DNA of 64,000 nt from an uncultured delta proteobacterium (lineage in GTDB: Bacteria; Desulfobacterota; Desulfobaccia; Desulfobaccales; 0-14-0-80-60-11): positions 448,001-512,000 of the forward strand of contig CAWETI010000002.1 of NCBI GenBank assembly GCA_963812015.1, given 5' to 3'. This document shows positions 1 to 12,366 of the stretch, piece after piece. Every line of letters begins with the position of its first letter. Within the stretch, counting starts at the first letter, position 1. The notes beneath the pieces were generated by a model. It was not told where the DNA came from and made no database searches. It saw only the letters and a list, made by a program, of their open reading frames with translations. The position numbers and the translations under genes were made by a program.

Positions 1-1
1 G

Positions 2-1495
2 GTGCAGCTCAATGATACCCATCCGGCCATCGCCGTGGCGGAACTGATGCGGCTCCTGATGGACGAACATCACCTGCCCTGGGAGCAGGCCTGGGAGATT
101 ACCCGGAAAACCTTGGCTTATACGAATCACACTCTGCTCCCGGAGGCCCTGGAGAAGTGGCCGCTGCCGCTCTTTGCCGAGCTCCTGCCCCGGCATCTGG
201 AAATCATCTTTGAACTCAACCGCCGGTTTTTGGATGAGGTGCGGCTGAGGTACCCTGAGGACGAAGGTTTGGTGGAGCGAGTCTCCATCATCGAGGAAAG
301 CGGTCCCAAATACGTGCGCATGGCGAATTTGGCCAGTCTGGGCAGCCAGACCATCAACGGCGTGGCCGCCTTGCATACCGAACTGCTGAAAACCACCGTG
401 CTCAAAGACTTCCACACCCTCTTTCCCGAAAAGTTCTTGAACATCACCAACGGGGTAACGCCCCGGCGCTGGCTGGTGCTCAGCAATCCGAGGCTGGCGG
501 ACCTGATCTCGAGCCGCCTCGGGGACCGGTGGGTGAGTCATCTGGAAGAGGACCTTCCCCGCCTAGAGCCTCTGGCCGATGACCTGGAATTTCACCGGGC
601 CTGGAGAGAAGTAAAACTGGCCAACAAAGAGGAGCTGGCGGCCGTCATCCGGGAGCGCACCGGCGTGACCCTTAACCCCGACACCATGTTTGACATCCAG
701 GTGAAGCGCCTGCACGAATACAAGCGCCAGCACCTTAACCTCTTGCACATTATTACCGTTTATAATCGCCTGAAAAAAAACCCTGATCTAGAAATCACTC
801 CACGCACCTGTATCTTCGGTGGCAAGGCCGCGCCCGGCTACTTCATGGCCAAGCTCATCATCAAACTTATCAATGCGGTGGCGGACGTGGTCAATAACGA
901 CCCCGACGTACGGGACCGCCTCAAGATAGTGTATTTTCCAGACTTCAACGTCAAGAACGGCCAGCGGATTTACCCCGCCGCCGACCTCTCGGAGCAGATC
1001 TCCACTGCCGGCAAAGAAGCTTCGGGTACGGGCAACATGAAGTTCGGCTTAAATGGGTCTCTCACCATCGGCACCCTGGATGGGGCTAACGTGGAGATGC
1101 GGGAGGCCGTGGGACCGGAAAATTTCTTCCTCTTCGGCCTGACCGCGCCAGAAGTATCCGACCTCAAGGCTAGGGGTTACCACTCACTGTCGTATTACGA
1201 AAACAATGATGAGCTGCGGGAAGTAATCGATCTCATCAGCTCCGGTTACTTTTCCCACGGCGATACCCGGCTTTTTCAGCCCCTGATGGCCTCGCTCCTT
1301 TACCATGATGAGTATTTGGTCCTGGCCGACTACCAGGCCTACGTTGATTGCCAGGGAGAGGTGGACCGAGCCTTTCGGGACCAAGAGCGCTGGACCCGGA
1401 TGTCCATCCTCAACGTGGCCCGCCTGGGTCGGTTTTCCTCGGACCGCGCCATCCGGGAATACTGCGAGCATATCTGGAGGGCCAAGCCATTATGA
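2..1495 (+). CDS. glgP: Glycogen/starch phosphorylase, C-terminal part (5' end outside window)
   Basis: [28 protein letters not shown] and PLP-site [10 protein letters not shown] motifs. Confidence 0.96.
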   Translation: MQLNDTHPAIAVAELMRLLMDEHHLPWEQAWEITRKTLAYTNHTLLPEALEKWPLPLFAELLPRHLEIIFELNRRFLDEVRLRYPEDEGLVERVSIIEESGPKYVRMANLASLGSQTINGVAALHTELLKTTVLKDFHTLFPEKFLNITNGVTPRRWLVLSNPRLADLISSRLGDRWVSHLEEDLPRLEPLADDLEFHRAWREVKLANKEELAAVIRERTGVTLNPDTMFDIQVKRLHEYKRQHLNLLHIITVYNRLKKNPDLEITPRTCIFGGKAAPGYFMAKLIIKLINAVADVVNNDPDVRDRLKIVYFPDFNVKNGQRIYPAADLSEQISTAGKEASGTGNMKFGLNGSLTIGTLDGANVEMREAVGPENFFLFGLTAPEVSDLKARGYHSLSYYENNDELREVIDLISSGYFSHGDTRLFQPLMASLLYHDEYLVLADYQAYVDCQGEVDRAFRDQERWTRMSILNVARLGRFSSDRAIREYCEHIWRAKPL

Positions 1496-1740
1496 TTAAC
1501 GGGATGTCCCGATATTTGATTCTCTTCCCCCTGCTGGCCGCGGTGTGTGCCGGCTTTCTGGCAGCCTCTGACCTGGCTGGGGCGCATAAGGTCGGGGTTT
1601 CAGTAGCTCACGCTGCGACCCCCAAAGGTGTCATCGAGATCTTTACCTGGAAGGGCAAGCTCGATGCAGAGTTTCTCTCTGCCCTGAAAGGCGCCAACGC
1701 CAAGCGCATCCTGGAACTTGGCGCTGAGGCTCCGGGCTGA
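1492..1740 (+). CDS. Small putative exported protein (82 aa)
   Basis: ATG overlaps glgP stop (ATGA); signal-peptide-like N-terminus [18 protein letters not shown]. Confidence 0.45.
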   Translation: MINGMSRYLILFPLLAAVCAGFLAASDLAGAHKVGVSVAHAATPKGVIEIFTWKGKLDAEFLSALKGANAKRILELGAEAPG

Positions 1741-1764
1741 AGAGCCTGTTGAAAGGAGAATCCT

Positions 1765-2850
1765 TTGAAAATCCTGCAGAAAATATTTTATGGGCTGGCC
1801 CTGCTCTTCATCCCCCTGGCCATCATCCTCGACAAGATCAAGGGTGTTCCCCAGCCTCTGCTATTTTTTCTGGCCGCAGTGGCCATTTTCCCGCTGGCCG
1901 CGCTGCTGGTGCATGCCACCGAACAGCTGGCCACCTACACCGGGGATACCATTGGAGGGCTCCTGAACGCCACGTTCGGCAATGCCCCGGAGTTGATCAT
2001 TGCGCTGGTGGCCCTCAAGGCCGGGCTGTATGACATGGTCAAAGCTTCCATTATTGGCGCTATTTTGGCAAACATGCTCCTGGGCCTGGGGGCGGCCTTT
2101 CTTGCAGGAGGGTTGAAGCGCCACATCCAGGAGTTCAACCCGGCAGCCGCCCGCAATTACATGACGATGATGCTGCTGGCGGTTATCAGCCTGGCCATTC
2201 CCAGCACGTTCCATAACTTTGTCACCGCCGACACCATTAAGCACGAGCAGTATGTCAATCTGGCAGTGGCGGTGGTGCTGTTATCCACCTATTTCTTGAG
2301 CCTGGTCTTCATGTTGAAAACCCATCCCGAATTCTTTGAGAGCATGGGGCAGGTGGGAGAACACAGTACCGAAGCGAGGTGGAGCCTGTCCCGGGCCGTG
2401 GTCACCCTTCTCTTGACGTCGATCTTCGTGGCCTTCATGAGCGAGATCCTGGTGGGAGCGGTGGAGGAGACCGCCAAGGCCCTGGACATGTCTCAGGCCT
2501 TTATCGGCATTGTCGTGCTGGCCGTTATCGGCGGGGCCGCTGAGAGCAGTTCCGCTGTGGTCATGGGGGTGAAAAACCGCATGGACCTCAGCGTTTCCAT
2601 AGCCATCGGCAGCTCCATCCAAATTGCCCTGTTCGTGGCCCCGGTCTTGGTGCTGGCAAGTTACTTCATAGCCCCCCAGCCCCTGAACCTTGTGTTTAGC
2701 CGGGGCCTGTTGGGCGCCGTATTCTTGACCGTTTTGATCGGCATCATGGTGGCAGGAGACGGCAAAGCCAACTGGTTTAAGGGGGTGCAGTTAATCACAG
2801 TTTACGTTATCATGGCTGTCATGTTTTACTTTCTGCCTAGCTCTCACTAG
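1765..2850 (+). CDS. Calcium/proton exchanger (CaCA/Cax family)
   Basis: GGLLNATFGNAPELII alpha-1 repeat, GSSIQIALFVAP alpha-2 repeat, many TM helices. Confidence 0.93.
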   Translation: MKILQKIFYGLALLFIPLAIILDKIKGVPQPLLFFLAAVAIFPLAALLVHATEQLATYTGDTIGGLLNATFGNAPELIIALVALKAGLYDMVKASIIGAILANMLLGLGAAFLAGGLKRHIQEFNPAAARNYMTMMLLAVISLAIPSTFHNFVTADTIKHEQYVNLAVAVVLLSTYFLSLVFMLKTHPEFFESMGQVGEHSTEARWSLSRAVVTLLLTSIFVAFMSEILVGAVEETAKALDMSQAFIGIVVLAVIGGAAESSSAVVMGVKNRMDLSVSIAIGSSIQIALFVAPVLVLASYFIAPQPLNLVFSRGLLGAVFLTVLIGIMVAGDGKANWFKGVQLITVYVIMAVMFYFLPSSH

Positions 2851-3124
2851 GAGAAAGGATGTCCGAGTTCGGGCCTCATACATTTTGACCTGAATATCCG
2901 TTTCACCGGCCTGCTCCTCCTAATGGTCCGCCTGATTATGGCGATGGCGTTTTTCCATGCCCGTTTGAGGTATGATTTTAGTGGAAAGTCAGGACAGTTT
3001 GCGACAGAAGAGAATGGCAAAAGTCAGGGGGATGGTATCATGACCGTCATCTGCCCATTGTTTAGAGCCAGTTGCAATGATTGATATTCTATCCTTATAG
3101 CTATCGAGTGAAAAAACCCGGCGC

Positions 3125-3844
3125 ATGAATCCGTCAAGACTACATCCCCGGCATTTTTGGTCCGATGAAAGCGGCCTCACGGGCCTCCTTATTTTTTCCC
3201 TGGGCTATTTCATCGTCCTGAACTCCATGGGCGAGTTCTGGTTCGGCAGATTGGTGGCCCATATCTTTTTCTCTCTCATTATTGTCGCCGGGGTATTGAC
3301 CACATTCAAACAGAGGTGGTTGAGCTTTTTTGTTATCGTCCTGGCGGTCGCCAGCCTGGCCCTCAATTGGGCGGAGGAATTCCGGATAGTAGAAGGTCTG
3401 GCTGTCCTGACAACCAGTCTCAGCTTGATTTATTTGGGGATCCTGTTGGCCCTGGTAATCGCCCAAGTTTTTCGGGACGGTCCGGTGACGGCCCACCGGA
3501 TTCGTGGCGCCATCTTGATCTACCTCCTCTTAGGGGTGATGTGGGCCTTCACTTATCAGGTGGTAGCCTTGACCATCCCCCAAGCTTTCCGCCTGCCGGA
3601 AGGCCTGATCGCCGGCGAGCCGGACGCGCTCCGGCGAGAGTTGACGTACTTCAGTGTCGTCACTCTTACTACTACCGGATACGGCGATATCACGGCGGTT
3701 CACCCGGTGGCCCGCACCCTGGTTATGCTGGAGACCCTGGTGGGGCAGCTCTACCCGGCCATTGTCCTGGCTTGGCTGGTGTCTTTGGCAATTATGCACC
3801 GGAAAGAAAAACCCAGAAATTTTCAAGATCAGAAAAGGCGCTAA
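3125..3844 (+). CDS. Potassium/ion channel family protein (Ion_trans_2)
   Basis: Pore motif YFSVVTLTTTGYGDI with flanking TM helices. Confidence 0.88.
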   Translation: MNPSRLHPRHFWSDESGLTGLLIFSLGYFIVLNSMGEFWFGRLVAHIFFSLIIVAGVLTTFKQRWLSFFVIVLAVASLALNWAEEFRIVEGLAVLTTSLSLIYLGILLALVIAQVFRDGPVTAHRIRGAILIYLLLGVMWAFTYQVVALTIPQAFRLPEGLIAGEPDALRRELTYFSVVTLTTTGYGDITAVHPVARTLVMLETLVGQLYPAIVLAWLVSLAIMHRKEKPRNFQDQKRR

Positions 3845-3921
3845 TGAATGGAGTCTTCTTTGACGGCGATAATCCCTGGGGCTTTTTAATAAATGTATTT
3901 CTGAGATCGAGGTTTCTGCTT

Positions 3922-5124
3922 ATGAATCCGCACCGTAATGATTGGCTTCCCCGAATATTGGCTCTGGCTCCTGTGGTGGCGGCAGCCTGCTTATCTGCGT
4001 TTCTCCTAACGGGCTGCGGCGAACAGAAGGCGGCCGGGCCGGCCGCGCCCCCCGTGGAAATCGTGGAGGTGGTCGTCAAAGACGTGCCCATCGTGCGGGA
4101 GTGGGTGGGCACCACCGACGGCCTGGTGAACGCCAAAATCAACGCCCAGGTCCAGGGGTACCTCATCAAGCAAAATTATCAGGAAGGCTCTTTCGTCAAG
4201 AAGGGACAGGTCCTTTTTGAGATCGACCCCCGGCCCTTCCAGGCGGCCCTGGAGCAGGCCAAAGGCGAGTTGGCCAAGGACGAAGGGGTTCTCTACACGA
4301 ATAACGCCAATCTGGAAAAAATTCGGCCCCTGGCCGCAGTGAACGCGGTGAGCCGAAAAGACCTGGATGACGCCATCGGGCGGGAAGCTTCGGCCCGTGC
4401 CGCGGTGCTGGCCGCCAAGGCGGCGGTGCGCAAAACCGAAATCGATCTCAGCTTCACCAGGATCACCTCCCCCATCGACGGCATCGCCGGCATCTCTAAG
4501 GCCCAACTGGGAGATTTGGTGGGGAACTCGGGAAGTCCGGAGCTGACCACCGTATCCACGGTGGATCCCATTAAAGTGTTCATTCCCCTCAGCGAGCAGG
4601 AATATATGCGCTTTACCCAGACGGCAGAGGCCAGAGGGAAAACCGAGCCGGAAGGACCCACCCTTGAATTGGTCCTGGCCGACGGCAAGGTTTTTCCCTA
4701 TAAGGGCAAAGTTTACTTTGCTGACCGCCAGGTGGACGAGCGCACCGGCACCATCAAAGTGGCCACTCTCTTTCCCAATCCCGGCAATCTTCTGCGCCCC
4801 GGGCAGTTCGCCAAAATCCGGGCGTTGATCGAGACTCAGAAAGGGGCGTTGCTGGTCCCCCAGCGGGCAGTTAATGAGTTGCAGGGCAGGTTCCAGGTGG
4901 CCGTGGTCGGTCCGGACAACAAGGTGGATCTCCGCTGGGTCAAGGTGGGCGAACGCACCGGCTCCTTGTGGGTGATCGACGAGGGTCTTAAACCAGGGGA
5001 GCGCGTAATTGTGGAAGGCATCCAAAAGGTCAAAGCCGGTATGCCAGTCACCCCTAAGCCATTTCAGGAAGGACCGCCAGCCAGCACTGGGCCAACTCCA
5101 ACCGCTGAGAAACAGCCGAGGTAA
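3922..5124 (+). CDS. RND efflux periplasmic adaptor (MFP) lipoprotein
   Basis: Lipobox LLTGC, FVKKGQVLFEIDPRPF, ITSPIDG, LRPGQF; start could be 3844. Confidence 0.92.
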   Translation: MNPHRNDWLPRILALAPVVAAACLSAFLLTGCGEQKAAGPAAPPVEIVEVVVKDVPIVREWVGTTDGLVNAKINAQVQGYLIKQNYQEGSFVKKGQVLFEIDPRPFQAALEQAKGELAKDEGVLYTNNANLEKIRPLAAVNAVSRKDLDDAIGREASARAAVLAAKAAVRKTEIDLSFTRITSPIDGIAGISKAQLGDLVGNSGSPELTTVSTVDPIKVFIPLSEQEYMRFTQTAEARGKTEPEGPTLELVLADGKVFPYKGKVYFADRQVDERTGTIKVATLFPNPGNLLRPGQFAKIRALIETQKGALLVPQRAVNELQGRFQVAVVGPDNKVDLRWVKVGERTGSLWVIDEGLKPGERVIVEGIQKVKAGMPVTPKPFQEGPPASTGPTPTAEKQPR

Positions 5125-5130
5125 TGGGTC

Positions 5131-8100
5131 ATGGCGCGATTCTTCATCAACCGCCCCATCGTGGCCATCGTCATCGCCATCGTCATGGTGATCGTGGGGG
5201 TGGTGGCGCTCCTGGGCCTGCCCATTTCCCAATACCCTAACATCGTCCCGCCGGAAATCTTCATCAACACCACCTATGTGGGCGCCGACGCCCAGACGGT
5301 GGAGCAGTCCGTGGCCACGCCCATCGAGCAGGAGATGAGCGGCGTGGACAACATGAACTACATGTACTCTTTGAACGCCAACAATGGCGAGTTGAAGATG
5401 TACGTGAACTTTGATGTCAAAACCGACCCCAACATCGACCAGGTGCTGACCCAGATGCGGGAGAGCCAGGCCGAAGCCAAGTTGCCGGCGGACGTGCGCA
5501 ATTACGGCGTCACCGTCAAAAAGTCCACGGCCGCGCCCCTGATGGTGGTGGACCTCATTTCTCCAAAGGGCACCTATGACGCCACTTTCCTGGCCAATTA
5601 TGCCTATATCAACTTGAACGACCAGATGACCCGGGTGGCCGGCATCGCCAGTGTCACCGTCTTTGGGGCCGGCCAATATGCCATGCGCTTCTGGGTCAAG
5701 CCCGACCAATTGGCCAAGCTCAATATCACCATCCCGGAGATTGTCGACGCCATTCAGAAACAGAATACCGTGAACCCCTCCGGCCAGGTGGGGGCGGAGC
5801 CGGCCCCCAAAGGCCAGGAATACACCTACGCCATCCGCTCCCAGGGCCGGCTGGAGAGTCCGGAGGAGTTTGAAAAGATAGTCCTCCGGGCCAATCCCGA
5901 CGGGTCGCTGGTCCGCCTGAAAGACGTGGCCCGCATCGAACTGGGGTCCCAGACGTATGCCCTCCAAGGGCGTTTAAATGGCAAGGCTGGCGCGGTCCTG
6001 GCCCTCTACCAGCTCCCGGGCACCAATGCCATCCAGGCGGTGGATGGGGTAAAAAAACTCATGGAGCAGGCCAAGAAGTCCTTTCCGCCGGATATGGACT
6101 ACGTCATTGCCCTGGATACCACCCAGGCGGTGCGGGAAGGCTTAAAAGAGATCGTCAAAACCCTCTATGAAGCCCTCATTCTCGTCATCCTCGTGGTCTT
6201 CATCTTCCTCCAGGGCTGGCGGTCCACCCTCATCCCGGCGCTGGCAGTGCCCGTCTCCCTGGTGGGCACCTTCGCGTTTTTCCCCATTCTGGGCTTCTCC
6301 CTCAATACCATTGCCCTTATGGGGTTGGTCCTGGCCATCGGCATCGTGGTGGACGACGCCATCGTGGTGGTGGAGGCCGTGGAGCATCACATCGACCAGG
6401 GCATGACGCCCAAAGAGGCCACCCTGAAGGCCATGGAGGAGGTCACCGGGCCGGTGGTGGCCACGACCCTGTCTTTGGCCGCAGTCTTCATTCCCACCAT
6501 CTTCATTCCCGGCATCACCGGACGGCTTTATCAGCAGTTTGCCATCACCATCGCCGTCTCCGTCATCATTTCCTCCTTCAATGCCCTGACTCTGACCCCA
6601 GCCCTGTCGGCCCTGCTTCTCAAGCCTAAAAAGGAATCCCGGGGCCCGTTGAGCCGCTTCTACCGGTGGTTCAATGACGCCTTCGGCCGCACCACCAACG
6701 GCTATGTCAGCTGGTGCGGGGGTTTTATCAGGAAGGCGGGGATGAGCCTCCTCTTTCTGGCCCTGGTGGCGGGGCTCGCCGGCCTTTTGGGGGGGAGACT
6801 GCCCGGCGGTTTCCTCCCGGAAGAGGACCAGGGCTATATGTATGCCGGGGTTCAGTTGCCCGACGCCTCCTCCCTGCAACGCACCAGCGAAGTCTGCCGC
6901 CAGATCGAGGAAATCATGAACAACACCCCGGGGATAGAGTACGTCACCACCGTGGTGGGCATGAACATGCTAAGCGGCGTCACCAACACCTATAGCGGTT
7001 TTTTCTTTGTTACCCTGAAGCCTTGGCACGAACGAAACAAGCCGGAGGAGAAATACGAAGCCATCATGGCCAGCCTCAACCAGAGATTGAGTAAACTTCC
7101 CCAAGGGATTGCCTTTGCCTTCTCGCCCCCGGCCATCCCGGGCATCGGCACTGCCGGCGGGGTCACCTTCATCCTCGAGGATCGCGCCGGCAAAGATGTC
7201 AAGTTTCTCTGGGAGAACACCCAGAAGTTCCTGGCCGCCGCGCAGAAACGCCCGGAAGTCTCCAGGGTCACCACCACCTTCATCCCCACGGTGCCCCAAA
7301 TCTTCGTCAAAGTGGACCGGGATAAGGTGCTCAAGCAAGGGGTGGACATCGGCGAGGTCTACCGAGTCCTGCAGGCCTTCATGGGCGGCTACTTCGTCAA
7401 TTACTTCAACCGGTTCGGCCGCCAGTGGCAGGTATACGTCCAGGCCGAGGGGGAATACCGGGCCGCAGCCGAACAGCTAGGCCAGTTCTATGTGCGCAAC
7501 AAGAACGGCGACTCCGTGCCCTTGAGCGCCCTCACCAGTTTGGAACAGCGCTCCGGGCCGGAGTTTACTATGCGCTACAATCTCTACCGCTCCGTTCAGA
7601 TCAATGCCGTCACCGCCCCCGGGTACAGTTCCACCCAGGGGATGAAGGCCCTGGAGGAAGTCTTCAAAGAGACCATGCCCGCTGAAATGGGCTACGATTA
7701 TCTGGGTATGTCCTATCAGGAGAAGAAGGCCCAGGAAGGCGTGCCCGCCTGGGTCATCTTCGCCCTGTCGATATTGTTTGTATTCTTGATCCTGGCGGCC
7801 CAGTACGAAAGCTGGTCCCTCCCCTTCAGCGTGCTTTTGGGTACTCCAGTTGCGGTCTGTGGGGCCTTTTTGGCGATATTCCTGCGGGGTATGGAGCTTA
7901 ACCTCTATGCTCAGATCGGCTTGATCCTGCTCATAGGCCTGGCGGCGAAAAACGCCATCCTTATCGTCGAGTTCGCCAAGGTGGAATACGAGAAAGGCAA
8001 GGGTTTCGCCGATGCGGCCCTGGAGGGGGCGCGCCTCCGGCTCCGCCCCATTCTCATGACGAGCTTCGCCTTTATCCTGGGGTGTATACCTCTGGCCCTG

Positions 8101-8304
8101 GCCTCGGGCTCCGGGGCCATCGCCCGGAAAGTCATGGGCACCGCGGTGATTGGCGGCATGGCTGCGGCAACAGTCATCGCCATCTTCCTTATCCCGGTGA
8201 CCTTCTATGTGGTGGAAAAATTTTCTCACCGCAAAGGCAAGGAACCCCCCAAGCCTGGCGCTGCCCTGGCCGATCCCCCCGGCGATCAAGGAGAAAAGTC
8301 ATGA
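5131..8304 (+). CDS. RND efflux permease (HAE1/AcrB family)
   Basis: [10 protein letters not shown] start, [21 protein letters not shown]; 1057 aa. Confidence 0.96.
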   Translation: MARFFINRPIVAIVIAIVMVIVGVVALLGLPISQYPNIVPPEIFINTTYVGADAQTVEQSVATPIEQEMSGVDNMNYMYSLNANNGELKMYVNFDVKTDPNIDQVLTQMRESQAEAKLPADVRNYGVTVKKSTAAPLMVVDLISPKGTYDATFLANYAYINLNDQMTRVAGIASVTVFGAGQYAMRFWVKPDQLAKLNITIPEIVDAIQKQNTVNPSGQVGAEPAPKGQEYTYAIRSQGRLESPEEFEKIVLRANPDGSLVRLKDVARIELGSQTYALQGRLNGKAGAVLALYQLPGTNAIQAVDGVKKLMEQAKKSFPPDMDYVIALDTTQAVREGLKEIVKTLYEALILVILVVFIFLQGWRSTLIPALAVPVSLVGTFAFFPILGFSLNTIALMGLVLAIGIVVDDAIVVVEAVEHHIDQGMTPKEATLKAMEEVTGPVVATTLSLAAVFIPTIFIPGITGRLYQQFAITIAVSVIISSFNALTLTPALSALLLKPKKESRGPLSRFYRWFNDAFGRTTNGYVSWCGGFIRKAGMSLLFLALVAGLAGLLGGRLPGGFLPEEDQGYMYAGVQLPDASSLQRTSEVCRQIEEIMNNTPGIEYVTTVVGMNMLSGVTNTYSGFFFVTLKPWHERNKPEEKYEAIMASLNQRLSKLPQGIAFAFSPPAIPGIGTAGGVTFILEDRAGKDVKFLWENTQKFLAAAQKRPEVSRVTTTFIPTVPQIFVKVDRDKVLKQGVDIGEVYRVLQAFMGGYFVNYFNRFGRQWQVYVQAEGEYRAAAEQLGQFYVRNKNGDSVPLSALTSLEQRSGPEFTMRYNLYRSVQINAVTAPGYSSTQGMKALEEVFKETMPAEMGYDYLGMSYQEKKAQEGVPAWVIFALSILFVFLILAAQYESWSLPFSVLLGTPVAVCGAFLAIFLRGMELNLYAQIGLILLIGLAAKNAILIVEFAKVEYEKGKGFADAALEGARLRLRPILMTSFAFILGCIPLALASGSGAIARKVMGTAVIGGMAAATVIAIFLIPVTFYVVEKFSHRKGKEPPKPGAALADPPGDQGEKS

Positions 8305-9752
8305 GGGCCTTCCTGTCCATCCTTCTGACCTTCTTGCTGCTTTACGGCTGCGCCGTCGGCCCGGACTACCAGCGGCCCGCATATCCGGTGCCGGAAAATT
8401 TCCGGGGCCAAGGGCCGGATATCCCCACGCAGCCGGCCGAAGTTTCCTTCGGGGATCTGAAGTGGTTTGAGGTTTTCAAGGACGAGAAGCTCCAGGAGCT
8501 GATCAAGATCGCCCTCCAGGAAAACTACGACGTGCAGATCGCGGCCCAGCGGGTCCTCCAGGCCCGGGAGCAGGTGACCATCCAGCGGTCTTTTCTCTTT
8601 CCCTCGGTGAATGCCAATTACCAGACGGAGACCGCCCGCACATCCACCCGGGGCTTCACGCCGTTCAATGTCACCCTGAGGGAGCGCATGGCCGGCATAG
8701 TCTTCGGCGACCTCTCCTGGGAGATCGACTTCTTCGGTCGCATCCGCCGGGCTACCGAAGCCGCCCGGGCCGAGTTTTTCGCCTCCGAAGAGAATCGCAA
8801 TTTCGTCATCCAGACTCTGGTGACCGACCTGGCCCGGGCCTATATCGAGCTCAGGGCTCTGGACCAGCAGCTTGAAATCAGCCACCGCACAGTCAAGACC
8901 CGTGAAGAGTCCCTTAAGCTGGTAAAAGCCCGCTTCGACTATGGTTGGGATTCCCAGACCCCCGTGCTTATGACGGAAAATCTGGTATATGGGGCCCGGG
9001 CTGTGGTTCCCGACCTGAAGCGGGCTATCGAACAGAAAGAAAACCAGATCAGCATTTTGCTGGGGCGGAACCCGGGACCCATCAGCCGGGGTAAATCTCT
9101 GCTGGAGCAGGATTTAACCGTTACCGTCCCTCCAGGACTGACTTCAACCCTTTTGGAGCGGCGCCCCGACATCCGCTTTGCCGAACAGACCCTGGTGGCG
9201 GCCAACGCCCGCATCGGCGAAGCAAAGGCGCTGCTCTTTCCTAATATCAGGATTACCGGGGCCTCCGGCTGGGAGTCTGCGGCTCTGAAAAGCCTGTTCA
9301 CCGGGCCGGCCAATTTCTGGGATATTGTGGCGCCGGGAATAACCCAGCCCATCTTTAATGCGGGTCGGCTCCGGGCCGGGGTCCGGACGGCGGAGGCCGT
9401 GACACAGGAAGCCCTTCTTACCTACAAAAAGTCCATTCAGCAAGCCTTCCAGGAAGTGTCCGACTCCCTCGTGGGGGTCCGTATGCTTAAGGAAGTGCGC
9501 CTCGAATCAGGGAAACAGGTTAAAGCCTTGAGCCAGCAAACCGATCTGGCCTATCAGCGATATTATGGGGGAGTAACTCCTTACCTGGAAGTTCTGGATT
9601 CAGACCGGCAGTTATTTGAGTCCGAGCTCAAGTTAACCCAGGACCGCGCCAACGAGCTCCTGGCCGTCATCGCTCTCTACCGGGCCCTGGGAGGCGGCTG
9701 GCAAACTCAGGATGACCCTGGCACATCGCAGCGCTTAACTATATCCAAGTAA
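8301..9752 (+). CDS. RND outer-membrane factor lipoprotein (NodT/OprM family)
   Basis: ATG at 8301 overlaps permease stop; GCAVGPDY lipobox, [15 protein letters not shown]. Confidence 0.94.
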   Translation: MRAFLSILLTFLLLYGCAVGPDYQRPAYPVPENFRGQGPDIPTQPAEVSFGDLKWFEVFKDEKLQELIKIALQENYDVQIAAQRVLQAREQVTIQRSFLFPSVNANYQTETARTSTRGFTPFNVTLRERMAGIVFGDLSWEIDFFGRIRRATEAARAEFFASEENRNFVIQTLVTDLARAYIELRALDQQLEISHRTVKTREESLKLVKARFDYGWDSQTPVLMTENLVYGARAVVPDLKRAIEQKENQISILLGRNPGPISRGKSLLEQDLTVTVPPGLTSTLLERRPDIRFAEQTLVAANARIGEAKALLFPNIRITGASGWESAALKSLFTGPANFWDIVAPGITQPIFNAGRLRAGVRTAEAVTQEALLTYKKSIQQAFQEVSDSLVGVRMLKEVRLESGKQVKALSQQTDLAYQRYYGGVTPYLEVLDSDRQLFESELKLTQDRANELLAVIALYRALGGGWQTQDDPGTSQRLTISK

Positions 9753-9907
9753 AAGAAGTAAACTGTGCCTTAGGAAAATTTTGGCATTTTTCCCCGGATG
9801 TCATTCTCTGCCCTAAATCAACTACCCATCATATTGATGGAAGTGCTTTGATATCCATATCATATCTCCACACGAACTATCTCTGCAGCTGAAGTCACCC
9901 AGGTAAG

Positions 9908-10120
9908 AGGCCCTGAAACGACCCCAAAAGGCTTAAAGAACCCCTACCCTTACTCTGACCATTAGTCGGCTGGCTTGCGTTGAAATTTGGCTCGATAAAA
10001 GGACCGTACGTTGCTGTTTTTGGCCATCGCCGCCATCAACCTGAACGCCTCCTGGCCTTATACCGTCAGAAGCTAGAAAAAATAATGCAGCCAACCTAAA
10101 GGGGACCAGGTTTAGTGTGG
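9908..10120. repeat. Intergenic ~210 bp repeat, copy A
   Basis: Colinear with 16020-16231; last 32 bp identical (agccaacctaaaggggaccaggtttagtgtgg). Confidence 0.9.
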
Positions 10121-10318
10121 CTGGCCTTCATCTCCTCTTTGGGAATGTTGTAACCCCAATTGGTGATCTTCCGGACCTGCCGATCCTCAAAAAGCGCTTA
10201 ACATATGTGAATTATTGCTTTTTACTAATACGGTTATCCCCCATATGGCGACGGGCCTGAAGAGTGTCTATCTTTGTAAAGCAAGACGTGATCTCCTAAG
10301 TCATATCCGGAGAATCCC

Positions 10319-11434
10319 ATGAGCAGCGCTCTATTTTCGCCGATCACCTTGAGGAAGTTGACCTTGGCCAACCGCATCGTGGTCTCCCCCATGTGCCAGT
10401 ATTCCGCCAGGGACGGCAGCGCCAATGACTGGCATCTCATGCATCTGGGCCAATTCAGCGTTGCAGGTCCGGGCCTGGTGATCATGGAAGCCACGGCGGT
10501 GGAACCCCGGGGCCGTATCACTTACGGCGACCTGGGATTATATTCGGATGATAATGAAGCGGCTTTGGCTCGGATTGTGGCATTTTTCCGGGAGTACGGC
10601 GAGGCCAAACTCGGCATTCAACTGGCCCACGCCGGGCGCAAGGCCTCGGACCACCTTCCCTGGGAGGAACACGGCCGGCCCCTGGCCCCGGATGAAGGGG
10701 CCTGGGCCACGTTGGGGCCATCCGCGATGAGCTATGGGGAAGCCTGGCCGCCTCCTCAGGCCCTGGACCTGGAGGGCCTTTCGGCAGTCAAGCAGGCCTT
10801 TGTCGAATCCACCCGGCGAGCCGCCCGCTTAGACTTTGACCTGGTGGAGCTGCACGCCGCCCATGGTTATCTCCTGCACGAGTTTTTGTCGCCTCTGAGC
10901 AACCAGCGCACCGACAATTATGGAGGGAACCTGGAAAACCGTATGCGCTTCCCCTTGGAGGTCTTTGCAGCACTGCGGGCGGTCTGGCCGGAAGCGAAGC
11001 CCTTGGGAGTGCGGATATCTGCGACGGATTATGCCGAGGGCGGCTGGAGTGTGGAGGATTCCCTGGTGTTTGCCGCCGCCCTCCAGGCACGGGGCTGCGA
11101 TTATATCGATGTGTCCGGTGGCGGGCTGGTCCCCTGGCAAACCCTGGCAGTAGGACCAGGCTACCAGGTGCCATTCGCGGCCCGCATCCGGCAGGAAGTG
11201 AGGATCATCACCATGGCGGTGGGTATGATCAATCAAGCCAGCCAGGCGGAAGAGATTATCGCCCGGGGGCAGGCCGACCTGGTGGCTCTGGCCCGGGGCA
11301 TGCTTTATGACCCCCGCTGGACCTGGCATGCCGCCGAAGAACTCTGGGTGGACCTGGAGTACCCGCCCCAGTATCGGCGCTGCCACCCCTCCCGTTGGCC
11401 CCAAGCCTTCCCCCATCGGCAAGCGGTGGAATGA
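10319..11434 (+). CDS. NADH:flavin oxidoreductase (Old Yellow Enzyme, NamA/YqjM-like)
   Basis: NRIVVSPMCQYS, QLAHAGRK, ELHAAHGYLLHEFLSP. Confidence 0.94.
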   Translation: MSSALFSPITLRKLTLANRIVVSPMCQYSARDGSANDWHLMHLGQFSVAGPGLVIMEATAVEPRGRITYGDLGLYSDDNEAALARIVAFFREYGEAKLGIQLAHAGRKASDHLPWEEHGRPLAPDEGAWATLGPSAMSYGEAWPPPQALDLEGLSAVKQAFVESTRRAARLDFDLVELHAAHGYLLHEFLSPLSNQRTDNYGGNLENRMRFPLEVFAALRAVWPEAKPLGVRISATDYAEGGWSVEDSLVFAAALQARGCDYIDVSGGGLVPWQTLAVGPGYQVPFAARIRQEVRIITMAVGMINQASQAEEIIARGQADLVALARGMLYDPRWTWHAAEELWVDLEYPPQYRRCHPSRWPQAFPHRQAVE

Positions 11435-11590
11435 GGATCTGAGGGAGGAAGCGAGGGGCGCATAGCACTTCCCCTTACCAAAAGTTCCCTCAGACTTCCT
11501 TCGCAGGGTGTGGTGTATCCAAAATTACAACTTTAAACGCGGCATGAAATTAATTTTTTGCTAAATGATTAGGAGCAAAGGAGGAGAACA

Positions 11591-12277
11591 ATGAAGCTAG
11601 GCAATAGATCATACGCATGCCTTGGGATTCTGGCGTTAGCCCTCTTAGCCCTCATGGCGCAGCCTTTTTTAACGAACTGCGGGGGCTGGGCGCAAGGCAA
11701 GGCTCCCGAGGGTGCCCCTGCCCCGGGCCCCCGGGCAGAAATCAAAGTCCCCTCGGGAACTTTGGATGCCATTACTGCCATCCTCACCCGGCGCAGTATT
11801 CGGGATTATACACCTCACCCGGTCCCCGAAGAGATGGTCAAGCTGCTGCTGGAAGCGGGCATGAGTGCCCCTTCGGCCATGGACGAGCGGTCCACGGAGT
11901 TCATCGTGATTAATGACCGCAAAATCTTGGACGAAATTCATAAATTCAATCCCAAGCGCTTGCAGCTCAAGAAGGCCACGGTGGCCATCCTAGTGTGTGG
12001 CAACCAGGCCAAAGAGAAGAATAAAGGGCAGGGGTTTTGGCAGCTGGATGGAGCGGTGGCTTCTGAGAACATCCTCATCGCCGCCAACGCCCTGGGCCTG
12101 GGGGCGGTATGGACCGCGATTTATCCGTTCCAGGACCGGATCCCCAAGGTGCAGAAGATGCTGAATCTGCCGGAACAGGTCATCCCCTTGAACATCATTC
12201 CCATCGGATACCTGGCGGAGATGAAGATGCGGGAGAACCGCTATGACGCGTCCCGGGTGCATACCAATGGCTGGTAG
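11591..12277 (+). CDS. Nitroreductase family protein with N-terminal signal-like extension
   Basis: ILTRRSIRDY, AGMSAPSA, ENILIAANALGLGAVW. Confidence 0.9.
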   Translation: MKLGNRSYACLGILALALLALMAQPFLTNCGGWAQGKAPEGAPAPGPRAEIKVPSGTLDAITAILTRRSIRDYTPHPVPEEMVKLLLEAGMSAPSAMDERSTEFIVINDRKILDEIHKFNPKRLQLKKATVAILVCGNQAKEKNKGQGFWQLDGAVASENILIAANALGLGAVWTAIYPFQDRIPKVQKMLNLPEQVIPLNIIPIGYLAEMKMRENRYDASRVHTNGW

Positions 12278-12366
12278 CCAGGTGCCACATAATCTCGGAT
12301 AATGATTAGTTGATATGCTGCTTATATCAAGCCGATCGGCAAGAGCGAAGGATGGAGGGATGACTT

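Noticed and set aside
4006..5967. Long antisense ORFs (also 37157-38614, 44547-45917, 46429-48105, 61911-63059)
   Set aside because: Shadow frames of GC-rich genes on the opposite strand, with no motifs.
10089..10120. Integron attC site
   Set aside because: Does not fit RYYYAAC/GTTRRRY, is too short, and no IntI-type integrase is present.
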